Source: Actinomycetota bacterium (lineage in GTDB: Bacteria; Actinomycetota; Actinomycetes; Nanopelagicales; Nanopelagicaceae). From it: a stretch of 27,963 bases of DNA. Location: NCBI GenBank assembly GCA_947381255.1, contig CANCUC010000001.1, positions 1 through 27,963 on the forward strand, in the 5' to 3' direction. The translations under genes were made by a program, and so were the position numbers. The notes beneath the pieces were generated by a model that saw only the letters and a list, made by a program, of their open reading frames with translations, was not told where the DNA came from and did not search any database. Shown here piece by piece: positions 1-10,733 of this stretch. Within the stretch, counting starts at the first letter, position 1; each line of letters opens with the position of its first letter.

Positions 1-1008
1 ATCACAATCTCGATCGCACACATCGAGTACCAGACCGAGAAGCGTCACTACGCACACGTTGACTGCCCAGGCCACGCCGACTACATCAAGAACATGATCA
101 CCGGAGCTGCCCAGATGGACGGCGCGATTCTTGTAGTAGCTGCAACTGACGGACCAATGCCTCAGACCAAGGAACACGTTCTCCTTGCTCGTCAGGTTGG
201 CGTTCCATCAATCGTTGTTGCTCTTAACAAGTCTGACATGGTTGATGACGAAGAAATTCTTGAGCTCGTTGAGATGGAAGTTCGCGAACTTCTTTCAAAG
301 TACGAGTTCCCAGGCGATGACACACCAATCGTTCGCATTTCAGCTCTTAAGGCTCTCGAAGGAGATCCAAAGTGGGTTGAGGCTCTTCTCGGTCTCATGG
401 ACCAGGTTGATGCATACATCCCACAACCTGAGCGTGAAGTTGATAAGCCATTCTTGATGCCAGTAGAAGATGTCTTCACAATCACCGGCCGTGGAACAGT
501 TGTTACCGGTCGTATTGAGCGCGGTATCGTCAAGGTCAACGAAGAAGTTGAAATTGTTGGTATCCGTCCAGATTCACAGAAGACCACTGTTACAGGCGTT
601 GAAATGTTCCGTAAGTTGCTCGATGAGGGCCAAGCTGGAGAGAACGTCGGTCTCCTACTTCGTGGAACAAAGCGTGAAGATGTAGAGCGCGGTCAGGTTG
701 TTGTTAAGCCTGGTTCGATCACACCTCACACCGAGTTCACCGCATCTGCATACATCCTTTCAAAGGATGAAGGCGGACGTCACACACCATTCTTTAACAA
801 CTACCGTCCACAGTTCTACTTCCGTACAACTGACGTAACCGGTGTTGTAACACTTCCAGCAGGAACCGAAATGGTTATGCCTGGCGATAACACTGAGATG
901 AACGTAGTTCTCATCCAACCAATCGCTATGGAAGATGGACTTCGCTTCGCTATCCGCGAAGGTGGCCGCACAGTTGGTGCTGGTCGCGTTATCAAGATCA
1001 ACAAGTAG
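1..1008 (+). CDS. tuf: Elongation factor Tu (5'-truncated by window edge)
   Basis: Frame 1 is open from base 1 ([41 protein letters not shown]). It contains NKSD (G4), the [17 protein letters not shown] motifs and the C-terminal [10 protein letters not shown]. The track start at 94 is an internal Met. Confidence 0.99.
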   Translation: MTISIAHIEYQTEKRHYAHVDCPGHADYIKNMITGAAQMDGAILVVAATDGPMPQTKEHVLLARQVGVPSIVVALNKSDMVDDEEILELVEMEVRELLSKYEFPGDDTPIVRISALKALEGDPKWVEALLGLMDQVDAYIPQPEREVDKPFLMPVEDVFTITGRGTVVTGRIERGIVKVNEEVEIVGIRPDSQKTTVTGVEMFRKLLDEGQAGENVGLLLRGTKREDVERGQVVVKPGSITPHTEFTASAYILSKDEGGRHTPFFNNYRPQFYFRTTDVTGVVTLPAGTEMVMPGDNTEMNVVLIQPIAMEDGLRFAIREGGRTVGAGRVIKINK

Positions 1009-1033
1009 TAAATAGCACTACCTCCTCCTGTTC

Positions 1034-1062
1034 GGGTGGGGCGGCGAATAACCGCCCCATCT
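1034..1062 (+). terminator. GC-rich stem-loop after tuf (tail-less terminator or mRNA 3' stabiliser)
   Basis: GGGTGGGGCGG (1034-1044) pairs with CCGCCCCATCT (1052-1062): 11 bp including 2 G-U pairs, 7-nt loop, no U-tract. Confidence 0.55.
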
Positions 1063-1114
1063 AGGGAAGAGAAATAAATTTAAGTCGCAGTAACTAGATA
1101 AAAGGAGAAAGACG

Positions 1115-1423
1115 ATGGCGGGACAAAAGATCCGCATTCGGCTCAAGGCTTACGACCACGAAGTGATCGATACATCGGCGAAGAAGATTGTCGAGACTGT
1201 CGAGCGCACTGGTGCAACTGTCGCAGGTCCCGTTCCGCTGCCAACAGAGAAGAACACCTTCTGTGTCATTCGCTCTCCACACAAGTACAAGGACAGCCGC
1301 GAACATTTCGAGATGCGCACACATAAGCGCCTCATCGACATCATTGATCCAACTCCTAAGACAGTTGATTCATTGATGCGTCTTGATCTTCCTGCTGGCG
1401 TCGACATCGAGATTAAGCTCTAA
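1115..1423 (+). CDS. rpsJ: 30S ribosomal protein S10
   Basis: [42 protein letters not shown]; SD AAGGAG upstream. Confidence 0.99.
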   Translation: MAGQKIRIRLKAYDHEVIDTSAKKIVETVERTGATVAGPVPLPTEKNTFCVIRSPHKYKDSREHFEMRTHKRLIDIIDPTPKTVDSLMRLDLPAGVDIEIKL

Positions 1424-1435
1424 GGAGACCTGACA

Positions 1436-2131
1436 ATGACAACAACGCAATCACAGGGCGCTGCCATCAAGGGAATCTTGGGCAAGAAGCTCGGCATGAC
1501 ACAGGTCTTCGATGCAAATAACAAGATCGTTCCAGTAACGGTTATTGCAGCTGGTCCAAATGTCGTTACACAAATTCGCACCATCGAAAATGATGGTTAC
1601 ACAGCGGTTCAATTGGCATTCGGTGCCGTTGACCCACGCAAGGTAACAAAGCCTGAGGCTGGTCACTTCGCCAAGGCCGGAGTTACTCCACGTACAGATG
1701 TTGCTGAACTTCGCACATCCAACGTTGATTCCTATTCAGTCGGACAAGAACTCAATGCAGATGTATTCGCTGCTGGAGAGCTTGTTGATGCAACTGGTAC
1801 ATCCCGCGGTAAGGGATCTGCTGGTGTTATGAAGCGTCACGGCTTCCACGGTCTTGGTGCATCTCACGGTGTTGACCGTAAGCACCGTATGCCAGGTTCG
1901 ATCGGTAACCGTACAACCCCAGGTCGCGTCTTCAAGGGAAAGAAGATGATGGGCCGCATGGGTGTTGAGACTGTTACAACTCAAAACTTGCTCGTTCACT
2001 CAGTTGATATTGAGAAGAACTTGATCTTGATTCGCGGCGCCGTCCCAGGTGCTACGAATTCAACAGTCTTCATCCGCTCTGCAGCGAAGAAGGCTGTCTC
2101 AGAAACTCTTACACAAAAGGCAGGTGCATAA
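1436..2131 (+). CDS. rplC: 50S ribosomal protein L3
   Basis: [43 protein letters not shown]; follows rpsJ. Confidence 0.99.
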   Translation: MTTTQSQGAAIKGILGKKLGMTQVFDANNKIVPVTVIAAGPNVVTQIRTIENDGYTAVQLAFGAVDPRKVTKPEAGHFAKAGVTPRTDVAELRTSNVDSYSVGQELNADVFAAGELVDATGTSRGKGSAGVMKRHGFHGLGASHGVDRKHRMPGSIGNRTTPGRVFKGKKMMGRMGVETVTTQNLLVHSVDIEKNLILIRGAVPGATNSTVFIRSAAKKAVSETLTQKAGA

Positions 2132-2134
2132 GCC

Positions 2135-2806
2135 ATGGCTTTGACTATCGATATCAAGAGCCCTGAAGGTAAGAAGGTTGGCGACGTCACCCTTCCTTCA
2201 GAGATCTTTGATGTACAGGCTAATGTGCCTCTCATCCACCAAGTAGTAGTTGCACAACTTGCAGCTGCTCGCCAAGGAACAGCCAAGACAAAGAATCGTG
2301 GCGAAGTTTCTGGTACAGGTAAGAAGCCTTTCAAGCAGAAGGGAACCGGTCGCGCTCGTCAGGGCTCTGTCCGTGCTCCACTTCAGCGTCACGGTGGTGT
2401 CTCACACGGTCCAGTACCTCGTAAGTATGACCAACGCACCCCAAAGAAGATGATCGCAGCTGCTCTTAAGGGCGTGCTCTCTGATCGTCAACGCGAAGAT
2501 CGTATCCACGTTGTTTCAAGCATCACCGATGCTCCAACAACCAAGGGTGCTATCTCAGCAGTTCGCCAATTTTCAGATCGCAAGAACTTGCTCGTTGTGC
2601 TTTCACGCAGCGAGGACATCGCATGGCGTTCACTTCGCAATGCCGAGAACTTGCACCTGATCGTTAACGATCAGCTCAATGCTTACGACATCTTGGTTTC
2701 AGATGATGTTGTCTTCTCGGAGAGCGCGATTCGTGAATTCATCGCCGGCCCAGCAAAGGCAGCTACTGCAGTTGCTCGTGAATCAGAAGTAGAGGTGTCC
2801 GCATGA
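2135..2806 (+). CDS. rplD: 50S ribosomal protein L4
   Basis: [33 protein letters not shown]; position in the S10 cluster. Confidence 0.99.
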   Translation: MALTIDIKSPEGKKVGDVTLPSEIFDVQANVPLIHQVVVAQLAAARQGTAKTKNRGEVSGTGKKPFKQKGTGRARQGSVRAPLQRHGGVSHGPVPRKYDQRTPKKMIAAALKGVLSDRQREDRIHVVSSITDAPTTKGAISAVRQFSDRKNLLVVLSRSEDIAWRSLRNAENLHLIVNDQLNAYDILVSDDVVFSESAIREFIAGPAKAATAVARESEVEVSA

Positions 2807-3096
2807 AGGACCATCGCGACGTACTCCTAGCACCAGTTGTCTCAGAGAAGGCTTACGGCCTACTCGATGAGAACAAGTACACCTTCTTGGTGGCTACTGA
2901 TGCTAACAAGACAGAGATCAAAATCGCTGTCGAAAAAGTTTTCAATGTAAAAGTCATCAGCGTTAACACCATGAACCGCCAAGGAAAGCGCAAGCGCACT
3001 CCTAAGGGTTTTGGTAAGCGCAATGACACCAAGCGTGCGATCGTGCATGTTGCTGCTGGTGACCGTATCGACATCTTCGGAGGACCTGTTTCCTAA
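2803..3096 (+). CDS. rplW: 50S ribosomal protein L23
   Basis: [34 protein letters not shown]; ATGA overlap with rplD. Confidence 0.99.
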   Translation: MKDHRDVLLAPVVSEKAYGLLDENKYTFLVATDANKTEIKIAVEKVFNVKVISVNTMNRQGKRKRTPKGFGKRNDTKRAIVHVAAGDRIDIFGGPVS

Positions 3097-3133
3097 GGGA
3101 ATCAGGACTAGAAGAAGAAGAGGAAGATAAAAA

Positions 3134-3967
3134 ATGGCCCTACGTAAACTTAAGCCGACCACACCTGGTCAGCGCGGCGCGAGCGTTCCTGATTTCGAAG
3201 AGATCACACGCACTACCCCAGAGAAGTCATTGGTTCGCCCAATTCACTCTAAGGGTGGCCGTAACGCATCAGGCAAGATCACCGTTCGCCACCAAGGCGG
3301 CGGACACAAGCGCGCATACCGCTTGATCGATTTCACTCGTAACGATAAAGATGGCATCCCAGCAAAGGTTGCTCACATCGAATACGACCCAAATCGCACA
3401 GCTCGTATTGCCCTACTTCACTATGCAGATGGAGAGAAGCGTTACATCATCGCTCCCGCAAAGTTGAACCAAGGCGACAAGATTGAGAATGGCCCAGCAG
3501 CGGATATCAAGCCAGGCAATAACTTGCCACTTCGCAATATCCCAGTTGGAACCATGATCCATGCAATTGAACTTCGCCCAGGTGGCGGAGCGAAGATTGC
3601 TCGCTCAGCAGGAGCTGGAGTTCAGCTCGTTGCTAAGGATGGCCCATACGCACAGCTTCGTATGCCATCAGGTGAAATTCGTAACGTCGATGTCCGTTGC
3701 CGCGCAACGGTTGGTGAAGTCGGAAACGCCGAACAATCAAATATCAACTACGGAAAAGCAGGCCGTATGCGTTGGAAGGGCAAGCGCCCAACCGTCCGCG
3801 GTGTTGTTATGAACCCAGTCGATCACCCACACGGTGGTGGAGAAGGTAAGACATCCGGTGGTCGTCACCCAGTGTCACCTTGGGGTCAGCCAGAGGGCCG
3901 TACTCGCAAGAAAAAGGCGAGCGATGCACTCATTGTCCGTCGTCGTAAGTCGAATAAGAAGCGATAG
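3134..3967 (+). CDS. rplB: 50S ribosomal protein L2
   Basis: [34 protein letters not shown]. Confidence 0.99.
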   Translation: MALRKLKPTTPGQRGASVPDFEEITRTTPEKSLVRPIHSKGGRNASGKITVRHQGGGHKRAYRLIDFTRNDKDGIPAKVAHIEYDPNRTARIALLHYADGEKRYIIAPAKLNQGDKIENGPAADIKPGNNLPLRNIPVGTMIHAIELRPGGGAKIARSAGAGVQLVAKDGPYAQLRMPSGEIRNVDVRCRATVGEVGNAEQSNINYGKAGRMRWKGKRPTVRGVVMNPVDHPHGGGEGKTSGGRHPVSPWGQPEGRTRKKKASDALIVRRRKSNKKR

Positions 3968-3981
3968 GGGAGCGACTACAA

Positions 3982-4263
3982 ATGCCACGTAGTTTAAAAA
4001 AGGGTCCATTCGTGGACGGTCACCTTCAGAAGAAGGTCGATGTTCAAAATGCGGCTAACACCAAGGTTGTTATCAAGACCTGGTCACGTCGCTCAATGAT
4101 CATTCCTTCAATGATCGGACACACCATCGCTGTACACGACGGTCGCAAGCACGTTCCAGTTTTCGTCACAGAAGCAATGATTGGTCACAAGCTCGGTGAG
4201 TTTGCTCCAACTCGTACCTTCAAGGGACACGTCAAGGATGATCGGAGAGCTTCACGTGGCTAA
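3982..4263 (+). CDS. rpsS: 30S ribosomal protein S19
   Basis: [31 protein letters not shown]. Confidence 0.99.
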   Translation: MPRSLKKGPFVDGHLQKKVDVQNAANTKVVIKTWSRRSMIIPSMIGHTIAVHDGRKHVPVFVTEAMIGHKLGEFAPTRTFKGHVKDDRRASRG

Positions 4264-4801
4264 TACACCTAAAGCAACCAATCCAACTGACGCACTCGTT
4301 GCACAAGCAGTCTTGCGCAACACTCGCGTAACACCTCAGAAGGCTCGTCGCGTAATCAACTTGATCCGCGGAGAGCGTGCTGACATTGCGCTTACAACTT
4401 TGAAGTTCGCTCCTCAAGAAGTTGGTGCAGATCTCTACACCCTCTTGAACTCAGCGATCAACAATGCAAAGCAGAAGAGCCCATCACTTCGTGATGCATC
4501 AGAGCTTTACATCGTTGAAGCACTTGTCGACGAGGCGCCTACCCTGAAGCGTTTCCGTCCACGTGCACAAGGTCGCGGCTTCCAAATCTTGAAGCGCGCA
4601 TCAACTTTGACATTGGTTGTTTCAACCGATCGTTCATATCGCCCACACGGTCTTAAGAAGGTCGTTAACGCGAAGGCAAATCCAAACAAGGTTGTGCTTG
4701 CTAAGCCAGCAACACCAGCAGCGGCTCCTAAGAAGGCTGCAGCTAAGAAGGCAGCACCAGTTGCCGAAGTCGCAGTTGCCACAGAAGGGCAGGCCGAGTA
4801 A
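4256..4801 (+). CDS. rplV: 50S ribosomal protein L22 with C-terminal Ala/Lys/Pro-rich extension
   Basis: [29 protein letters not shown]. Start reassigned from 4181 to GTG 4256, which is in frame, has GGAGAG about 6 nt upstream and overlaps the end of rpsS. Confidence 0.96.
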   Translation: MANTPKATNPTDALVAQAVLRNTRVTPQKARRVINLIRGERADIALTTLKFAPQEVGADLYTLLNSAINNAKQKSPSLRDASELYIVEALVDEAPTLKRFRPRAQGRGFQILKRASTLTLVVSTDRSYRPHGLKKVVNAKANPNKVVLAKPATPAAAPKKAAAKKAAPVAEVAVATEGQAE

Positions 4802-5623
4802 ATGGGTCAAAAAGTAAATCCACACGGCTTCCGTCTGGGAATTACAACTGAGTTCAAGTCTCGTTGGTATGCAGACAAGCTTTACAAGGATTATGTGAAG
4901 GAAGATATCGAGATCCGTCGCATGATGAGCAAGGGCATGGAGCGCGCAGGCGTTTCACGTATTGAAATCGAGCGCACACGTGAGCGTGTTCGTATCGATC
5001 TATATACCGCACGCCCTGGCATCGTCATCGGCCGTCGCGGAACCGAAGCTGATCGCATCCGTCAGGATCTTGAGAAGCTCACCGGCAAGCAGGTTCAACT
5101 CAACATTCTTGAGGTTAAGAACCCAGAGATTGATGCACAACTTGTTGCGCAAGGAATTGCTGAACAACTTGCTGCTCGTGTCTCATTCCGTCGCGCAATG
5201 CGTAAGTCAATGCAATCTGCTCTCAAGGCAGGTGCACAAGGTATTCGTGTTCAAGTTGGTGGACGTCTTGGCGGCGCAGAAATTGCTCGCTCGGAGTTCT
5301 ACCGCGAGGGTCGCGTACCTCTTCACACACTTCGTGCGGATATCGATTATGGATTCCACGAAGCCCACACAACTTTCGGTCGCCTTGGTGTAAAGGTTTG
5401 GATCTACAAGGGTGAAGTTATCGAATCCCGCGCAGAGCGCGCAGCGGCAGCACTTGCTGCAGCACGTGCACCAAAGCCAAGTCGTCCAGCTAACCGTCCA
5501 CCTCGTGGACCACGTAGCGAAGTAACTTCTTCAACACCAGCATCACGCGCAGCCGCAGAGGTTGTAGCACCTGAAGCTGCTGCTCCAGTAGTTACCGAAG
5601 TTTCGGAAGGAGCCGCTGAATAA
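4802..5623 (+). CDS. rpsC: 30S ribosomal protein S3
   Basis: [40 protein letters not shown]; low-complexity C-terminal tail. Confidence 0.99.
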   Translation: MGQKVNPHGFRLGITTEFKSRWYADKLYKDYVKEDIEIRRMMSKGMERAGVSRIEIERTRERVRIDLYTARPGIVIGRRGTEADRIRQDLEKLTGKQVQLNILEVKNPEIDAQLVAQGIAEQLAARVSFRRAMRKSMQSALKAGAQGIRVQVGGRLGGAEIARSEFYREGRVPLHTLRADIDYGFHEAHTTFGRLGVKVWIYKGEVIESRAERAAAALAAARAPKPSRPANRPPRGPRSEVTSSTPASRAAAEVVAPEAAAPVVTEVSEGAAE

Positions 5624-6036
5624 TGTTAATTCCACGTCGCGTTAAGCACCGTAAGCAGCACCACCCAAAGCGGGCTGGTATGTCTAAGGGCGGAACCGTT
5701 GTTTCATTCGGTGACTTTGGTATTCAAGCTCTTGAGCCTGCATATGTAACAAACCGTCAGATTGAAGCAGCACGTATTGCAATGACCCGTCACATCAAGC
5801 GTGGTGGAAAGGTTTGGATCAACATTTATCCAGATCGTCCACTTACCAAGAAGCCTGCTGAAACACGCATGGGTTCCGGTAAGGGTTCACCTGAGTGGTG
5901 GATTGCAAACGTAAAGCCAGGTCGCGTTATGTTTGAAATTTCTGGTGTTTCAGAAGAAATCGCAACAGAGGCAATGACTCGTGCGATCCACAAGTTGCCA
6001 ATGAAGTGTCGTGTAGTACGTCGGGAGGAGTTCTAA
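5623..6036 (+). CDS. rplP: 50S ribosomal protein L16
   Basis: [29 protein letters not shown]; TAATG overlap. Confidence 0.99.
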   Translation: MLIPRRVKHRKQHHPKRAGMSKGGTVVSFGDFGIQALEPAYVTNRQIEAARIAMTRHIKRGGKVWINIYPDRPLTKKPAETRMGSGKGSPEWWIANVKPGRVMFEISGVSEEIATEAMTRAIHKLPMKCRVVRREEF

Positions 6037-6254
6037 TGTCTAATATCGTGACAGCAGAGCAGCTTCGTGCGCTCTCCACTGACGAACTAGCGATCAAGCT
6101 TCGCGAAGGAAAAGAAGAGCTATTCAACCTTCGCTTCCAAGCAGCTACAGGTCAACTTGAAAACCACGGTCGTTTGACTGCGGTCCGTAAAGAGATTGCG
6201 CGTATTTACACAATCTTGCGTGAGCGTGAGCTCGGAATTGGAGGCGCAGCGTGA
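6036..6254 (+). CDS. rpmC: 50S ribosomal protein L29
   Basis: [28 protein letters not shown]. Start reassigned to ATG 6036 (TAATG overlap, GGAGG upstream). Confidence 0.98.
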   Translation: MSNIVTAEQLRALSTDELAIKLREGKEELFNLRFQAATGQLENHGRLTAVRKEIARIYTILRERELGIGGAA

Positions 6255-6520
6255 GCGAGCTAAATAACGAGCGCGGATTCCGCAAGACTCGTGAAGGAAT
6301 TGTTACCAGCGACAAGATGGATAAGACCGTCGTCGTTGCAATCCAAAGTCAGACCAAGCATGGTGTGTACTCAAAGGTTATGACCCGCTCTCACAAGTTG
6401 AAGGCGCATGACGAGAACAACACAGCTGGCGTCGGCGATCGCGTACTACTCATGGAAACTCGTCCACTATCGGCAACTAAGCGTTGGCGTGTAGTCGAGA
6501 TCCTCGAGAAGGCTAAGTAA
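6251..6520 (+). CDS. rpsQ: 30S ribosomal protein S17
   Basis: [32 protein letters not shown]; GTGA overlap. Confidence 0.99.
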   Translation: MSELNNERGFRKTREGIVTSDKMDKTVVVAIQSQTKHGVYSKVMTRSHKLKAHDENNTAGVGDRVLLMETRPLSATKRWRVVEILEKAK

Positions 6521-6533
6521 GGGGTATCGAAAA

Positions 6534-6902
6534 ATGATTCAACAAGAATCCAGACTTCGTGTCGCGGATAACACCGGTGCAAAGGAACTCCTTTGTATTC
6601 GTGTTCTCGGTGGCTCCTCACGTCGCTACGCAGGTATCGGTGACATCATCGTTTGTACCGTCAAGGATGCTATTCCTGGTGGACAGGTTAAGAAGGGTGA
6701 GGTCGTAAAGGCTGTCATCGTTCGTACCGTTAAAGAGAACCGTCGCCCTGATGGTTCATATATCAAGTTTGATGAGAACGCAGCAGTTATCTTGAAGGCA
6801 GACGGCGAGCCTCGCGGCACCCGTATCTTCGGACCAGTTGCTCGTGAACTTCGTGACAAGCGTTTCATGAAGATTATCTCGCTCGCGCCGGAGGTGCTAT
6901 AA
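6534..6902 (+). CDS. rplN: 50S ribosomal protein L14
   Basis: [37 protein letters not shown]. Confidence 0.99.
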   Translation: MIQQESRLRVADNTGAKELLCIRVLGGSSRRYAGIGDIIVCTVKDAIPGGQVKKGEVVKAVIVRTVKENRRPDGSYIKFDENAAVILKADGEPRGTRIFGPVARELRDKRFMKIISLAPEVL

Positions 6903-6905
6903 AAA

Positions 6906-7223
6906 ATGGCAAACATTAAGCGTGGCGACACTGTTCAAGTGATCGCTGGAAAAGATAAGGGTGTAACCGGCACGGTTATCTCTATCGATAAGAAGGAATC
7001 TCGCGTAATTGTCGAGGGTGCTAACCGCGTTAAGCGTCACACTCAACAGACTGAGACCGAACGTGGTGTCAAGGTCGGCGGAATTCTCACCGTTGAAGCT
7101 GCAATTCACATTTCAAATGTGCAACTTGTTGGCGACGATGGCAAGGCCACTCGCATTGGTGCGCGCAAGGATGAGAACGGCAAGAACGTTCGCATCTCTC
7201 GTCGTACCGGAAAGGATGTCTAA
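6906..7223 (+). CDS. rplX: 50S ribosomal protein L24
   Basis: KOW motif [25 protein letters not shown]. Confidence 0.99.
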   Translation: MANIKRGDTVQVIAGKDKGVTGTVISIDKKESRVIVEGANRVKRHTQQTETERGVKVGGILTVEAAIHISNVQLVGDDGKATRIGARKDENGKNVRISRRTGKDV

Positions 7224-7225
7224 CC

Positions 7226-7783
7226 ATGACAACCGCAACAGCTCCTCGTCTTAAGGCCCGTTACAAGGCCGAGATCGCACCTGCGCTCAAGACCCAATTT
7301 GCTTACAGCAATGTTATGCAGATTCCTGGCTTGGTTAAGGTCATCGTAAATATGGGTGTTGGTGAAGCAGCTCGTGACTCTAAGTTGATTGAAGGCGCTA
7401 TCCGCGACCTCACGATCATCACCGGTCAGAAGCCTCAGGTCACCAAGTCTCGCAAGTCAATTGCTCAGTTCAAGTTGCGTGAAGGCATGCCAATTGGTGC
7501 CCACGTAACACTTCGCAATGATCGTATGTGGGAGTTCGCAGATCGTCTTCTCTCGATCGCACTTCCTCGTATCCGTGACTTCCGTGGACTCTCTCCTAAG
7601 CAATTCGATGGAAACGGCAACTACACCTTCGGTCTTACCGAGCAGGTTGTATTCCCAGAGATCGAACAGGACAAGATCGACCGCACACGCGGTATGGATA
7701 TCACTTTCGTAACCACAGCCAAGACAGATGAAGAGGGTCGCGCACTACTTAAGGCGCTCGGCTTTCCATTCCGTGAGAACTAA
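7226..7783 (+). CDS. rplE: 50S ribosomal protein L5
   Basis: [35 protein letters not shown]. Confidence 0.99.
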   Translation: MTTATAPRLKARYKAEIAPALKTQFAYSNVMQIPGLVKVIVNMGVGEAARDSKLIEGAIRDLTIITGQKPQVTKSRKSIAQFKLREGMPIGAHVTLRNDRMWEFADRLLSIALPRIRDFRGLSPKQFDGNGNYTFGLTEQVVFPEIEQDKIDRTRGMDITFVTTAKTDEEGRALLKALGFPFREN

Positions 7784-7796
7784 GGGGTAGCAACTA

Positions 7797-7982
7797 ATGG
7801 CAAAGACATCGCTCAAGGTTAAAGCTGCTCGCAAGCCTAAGTTCAAGGTTCGTGGCTACACACGTTGCCAACGTTGTGGTCGTCCACACGCTGTCTACCA
7901 AAAGTTCGGCATCTGCCGTATCTGCTTCCGCGAGATGGCACATAAGGGCGAACTTCCAGGCATCACCAAGGCTTCTTGGTAA
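7797..7982 (+). CDS. rpsN: 30S ribosomal protein S14, short zinc-binding type (also called rpsZ)
   Basis: 61 aa, CQRC...CRIC zinc motif, [11 protein letters not shown]. Confidence 0.98.
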   Translation: MAKTSLKVKAARKPKFKVRGYTRCQRCGRPHAVYQKFGICRICFREMAHKGELPGITKASW

Positions 7983-8078
7983 ATATCTTTTCCCACCCAC
8001 TATCAACTACGAGATAGGTCCAGTTAACTCCCTCGGGAGAAAAAGGAAACCGGCTCGAGAAAGGCCAGAGGCCACAGT

Positions 8079-8483
8079 ATGACAATGACAGATCCGATCG
8101 CAGACATGCTTGCACGTCTGCGCAACGCGAACTCTGCTTACCACGATACGGTTTCAATGCCGTCGTCGTCGGTAAAAGTTCGCATTGCCGAAATTCTTAA
8201 GCAGGAGGGATACATCTCTAGCTTCAAGGTAGAAAATACCGTTGCTGGATTTGGAAAGACCCTCACCATCGATTTGAAGTTTGGTGCAGATCGTCAGCGT
8301 TCAATCGCTGGCCTACGCCGCGTTTCAAAGCCAGGACTTCGCGTATACGCAAAGTCAACGGCGCTACCTAAGGTCTTGGGTGGACTTGGCGTAGCCATTA
8401 TCTCAACATCATCTGGTTTGCTCACTGATAAGCAAGCCAACAAGCAAGGGGTAGGCGGAGAAGTTCTCGCCTACGTATGGTGA
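8079..8483 (+). CDS. rpsH: 30S ribosomal protein S8
   Basis: [45 protein letters not shown]. Confidence 0.99.
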   Translation: MTMTDPIADMLARLRNANSAYHDTVSMPSSSVKVRIAEILKQEGYISSFKVENTVAGFGKTLTIDLKFGADRQRSIAGLRRVSKPGLRVYAKSTALPKVLGGLGVAIISTSSGLLTDKQANKQGVGGEVLAYVW

Positions 8484-8487
8484 TCTG

Positions 8488-9027
8488 ATGTCACGTATTG
8501 GTCGCTCTCCCATCACAATTCCTGCTGGAGTTGAAGTCAACATTTCAGGTCAAGAGATTTCTGTAAAGGGTCCTAAGGGCACACTTTCACATACTCTCGC
8601 TGGCCCAATTGCTATCGCCAAGGAAGAGTCAACACTCGTTGTTACTCGTCCAGATGATGGACGCGTCGCGCGTTCACTTCACGGCCTCTCACGTACCTTG
8701 GTCGCAAATATGATCGAGGGCGTTACAAATGGATATTCAAAGACCATCAACATCGTTGGTGTTGGTTACAAGGTCGCTGAAAAGGGTAAGGATTTGGAGT
8801 TCGCTCTCGGCTACAGCCACGCGGTTCCATTCAGTGCTCCTGAAGGCATCACCTTCAAGGTCGAATCAGCAACTCGCTTCTCGATCTCTGGTGTCGACAA
8901 GCAGCTCGTTGGTGAAGTTGCAGCGAAGATTCAAAAGCTTCGTAAGGCTGATCCATACAAGGGCAAGGGTCTCCACCTAGACGGCGCAAAGATTCGCCGC
9001 AAGCAAGGAAAGACAGGTAAGAAGTAA
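8488..9027 (+). CDS. rplF: 50S ribosomal protein L6
   Basis: [29 protein letters not shown]. Confidence 0.99.
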   Translation: MSRIGRSPITIPAGVEVNISGQEISVKGPKGTLSHTLAGPIAIAKEESTLVVTRPDDGRVARSLHGLSRTLVANMIEGVTNGYSKTINIVGVGYKVAEKGKDLEFALGYSHAVPFSAPEGITFKVESATRFSISGVDKQLVGEVAAKIQKLRKADPYKGKGLHLDGAKIRRKQGKTGKK

Positions 9028-9404
9028 TGGCTATCGGTGTAAAGGTTGTTAAAGGCTCGGCACAAAATGCCCGCCGTCGTCGCCACTTCCGTGTCCGCAA
9101 GCGTGTCGTCGGTTCTGCCGAGCGTCCACGTCTTGTAGTTTCACGCTCATCTCGTCACCTTGTTGCTCAGATCGTTGATGATTCAATCGGTCAGACCTTG
9201 GTCTCAGCCTCAACCATGGAGAGCACACTTCGTGCATCTAAGGATGACAAGAGCGCAAAGGCTCGCTTCGTCGGTGCAGAAATTGCAAAGCGCGCGAAGG
9301 AAAAGGGTATTTCTACAGTGGTCTTCGATCGCGGTGGAAACAAGTACACCGGACGCATTGCAGCTCTCGCTGATAGTGCCCGCGAGAATGGATTGGACTT
9401 CTAA
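9027..9404 (+). CDS. rplR: 50S ribosomal protein L18
   Basis: [37 protein letters not shown]. Confidence 0.99.
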   Translation: MAIGVKVVKGSAQNARRRRHFRVRKRVVGSAERPRLVVSRSSRHLVAQIVDDSIGQTLVSASTMESTLRASKDDKSAKARFVGAEIAKRAKEKGISTVVFDRGGNKYTGRIAALADSARENGLDF

Positions 9405-10024
9405 TGGCTACTCCTCCAGTAAACGCAAATGCTGGCGATCGCGCTCCTAAGGGCGGAAACGATCGTCGTGAACGTCGCGGCCGTGATGGTGGACCTGAGA
9501 AAGAGAAGTCTCCATACACAGAGCGCGTAGTTTTCATTAACCGCGTAGCAAAGGTTGTAAAGGGTGGACGTCGTTTCTCCTTCACAGCACTTGTTGTTGT
9601 CGGTGACCAGAAGGGCACAGTCGGAGTCGGATACGGCAAGGCTAAGGAAGTTCCTCAAGCTATTGCTAAGGCAGTGGAAGATGCGAAGAAGCAATTCTTC
9701 AAAGTTGCACTCCTCGGTTCCACTATTCCTCACCCAGTACAAGGTGAAGCTGCAGCTGGCGTAGTTCTTCTTCGCCCTGCATCACCTGGTACCGGAGTTA
9801 TCGCTGGTGGTCCAGTTCGTGCCGTACTTGAGTGCGCTGGAATCCACGATGTTCTTACCAAGTCTCTTGGTTCAAATAACCCAATCAACATGGTGCACGC
9901 CACCGCAGCCGCGCTTAAGGCGTTGGAATCTCCAACATCTATCGCAGCTCGTCGTGGTCTACCCCTTGAAGATGTCGCACCTGCAGCAATTGCTCGTGCC
10001 GTAGCAGCAACGGTTGGTGCATAA
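9404..10024 (+). CDS. rpsE: 30S ribosomal protein S5
   Basis: [36 protein letters not shown]. Confidence 0.99.
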   Translation: MATPPVNANAGDRAPKGGNDRRERRGRDGGPEKEKSPYTERVVFINRVAKVVKGGRRFSFTALVVVGDQKGTVGVGYGKAKEVPQAIAKAVEDAKKQFFKVALLGSTIPHPVQGEAAAGVVLLRPASPGTGVIAGGPVRAVLECAGIHDVLTKSLGSNNPINMVHATAAALKALESPTSIAARRGLPLEDVAPAAIARAVAATVGA

Positions 10025-10026
10025 AC

Positions 10027-10209
10027 ATGCCACGTCTAAAAGTCACACAACTTCGTTCCAAGGTTGGCGCTCGTCCAGAGCACCGCGAGACCTTGCGTTC
10101 ACTTGGTTTAAAGCGAATCGGTGATGTTGTCGTAAAGGAAGATCGTCCCGAGATTCGTGGAATGGTCGTCGCTGTACGTCACATGGTTACCGTTGAGGAG
10201 GTCGAATAA
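10027..10209 (+). CDS. rpmD: 50S ribosomal protein L30
   Basis: [19 protein letters not shown]; 60 aa between rpsE and rplO. Confidence 0.98.
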   Translation: MPRLKVTQLRSKVGARPEHRETLRSLGLKRIGDVVVKEDRPEIRGMVVAVRHMVTVEEVE

Positions 10210-10211
10210 CA

Positions 10212-10652
10212 ATGGTTCTCAAGGTTCATCATCTACGTCCGGCTCCGGGCGCAAAGAAGGCTCGCACCCGTAAGGGTCGCGGTGAGGCTTCAAAGGGTAA
10301 GACTGCTGGTCGTGGTGGCAAGGGAACACGTGCTCGTAACGTTGTTCGTGCTGGTTTCGAAGGTGGACAACTTCCTTTGGTCATGCGTCTTCCAAAGCTC
10401 CGTGGTTTCAAAAACCCAGAGCGCGTGGAGTACCAGCCAGTGAATGTTTCAACCATCAATGCGCTCTATCCAAAGGGTGGCCAAGTCACCGTTGAAGATT
10501 TGGTCGCAAAGGGTGCAGCTCGCGATGGCCATCCGGTCAAGGTTCTTGGAAATGGCGACATTTCTGTGAAAGTTACCGTCGTGGCACACGCATTCTCCTC
10601 TTCAGCATCTGAAAAGATCGCTGCTGCAGGTGGATCAATCACAAAGCTCTAA
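10212..10652 (+). CDS. rplO: 50S ribosomal protein L15
   Basis: [32 protein letters not shown]. Confidence 0.99.
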   Translation: MVLKVHHLRPAPGAKKARTRKGRGEASKGKTAGRGGKGTRARNVVRAGFEGGQLPLVMRLPKLRGFKNPERVEYQPVNVSTINALYPKGGQVTVEDLVAKGAARDGHPVKVLGNGDISVKVTVVAHAFSSSASEKIAAAGGSITKL

Positions 10653-10677
10653 CCTAAAACCGATTTATTAAGTCCGA

Positions 10678-10711
10678 AATGAGTCCTTACTCAATAGAGT
10701 AGGGACTCATT
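10678..10711 (+). other. 15-bp RNA hairpin between rplO and secY
   Basis: AATGAGTCCTTACTC-AATA-GAGTAGGGACTCATT: 15 bp with one G-U pair, no U-tail. Confidence 0.7.
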
Positions 10712-10733
10712 CAGAAATTAGAGGAGAAGTTAA

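Noticed and set aside
3097-3133. Purine-rich GAAGAAGAAGAGGAAG tract before rplB
   Set aside because: Short, unstructured and consistent with an extended ribosome-binding region.
4181-4255. Longer track starts for rplV, rpmC (6006), rpsM (14055), acpS (22854) and livM (26672)
   Set aside because: The extensions overlap upstream genes or the leader. Downstream starts match family N-termini and have SD sequences or coupling overlaps.
5440-5623. Low-complexity extensions on S3 (C-term) and on S5, S9 and S11 (N-term)
   Set aside because: Such extensions are common in actinobacterial ribosomal proteins.
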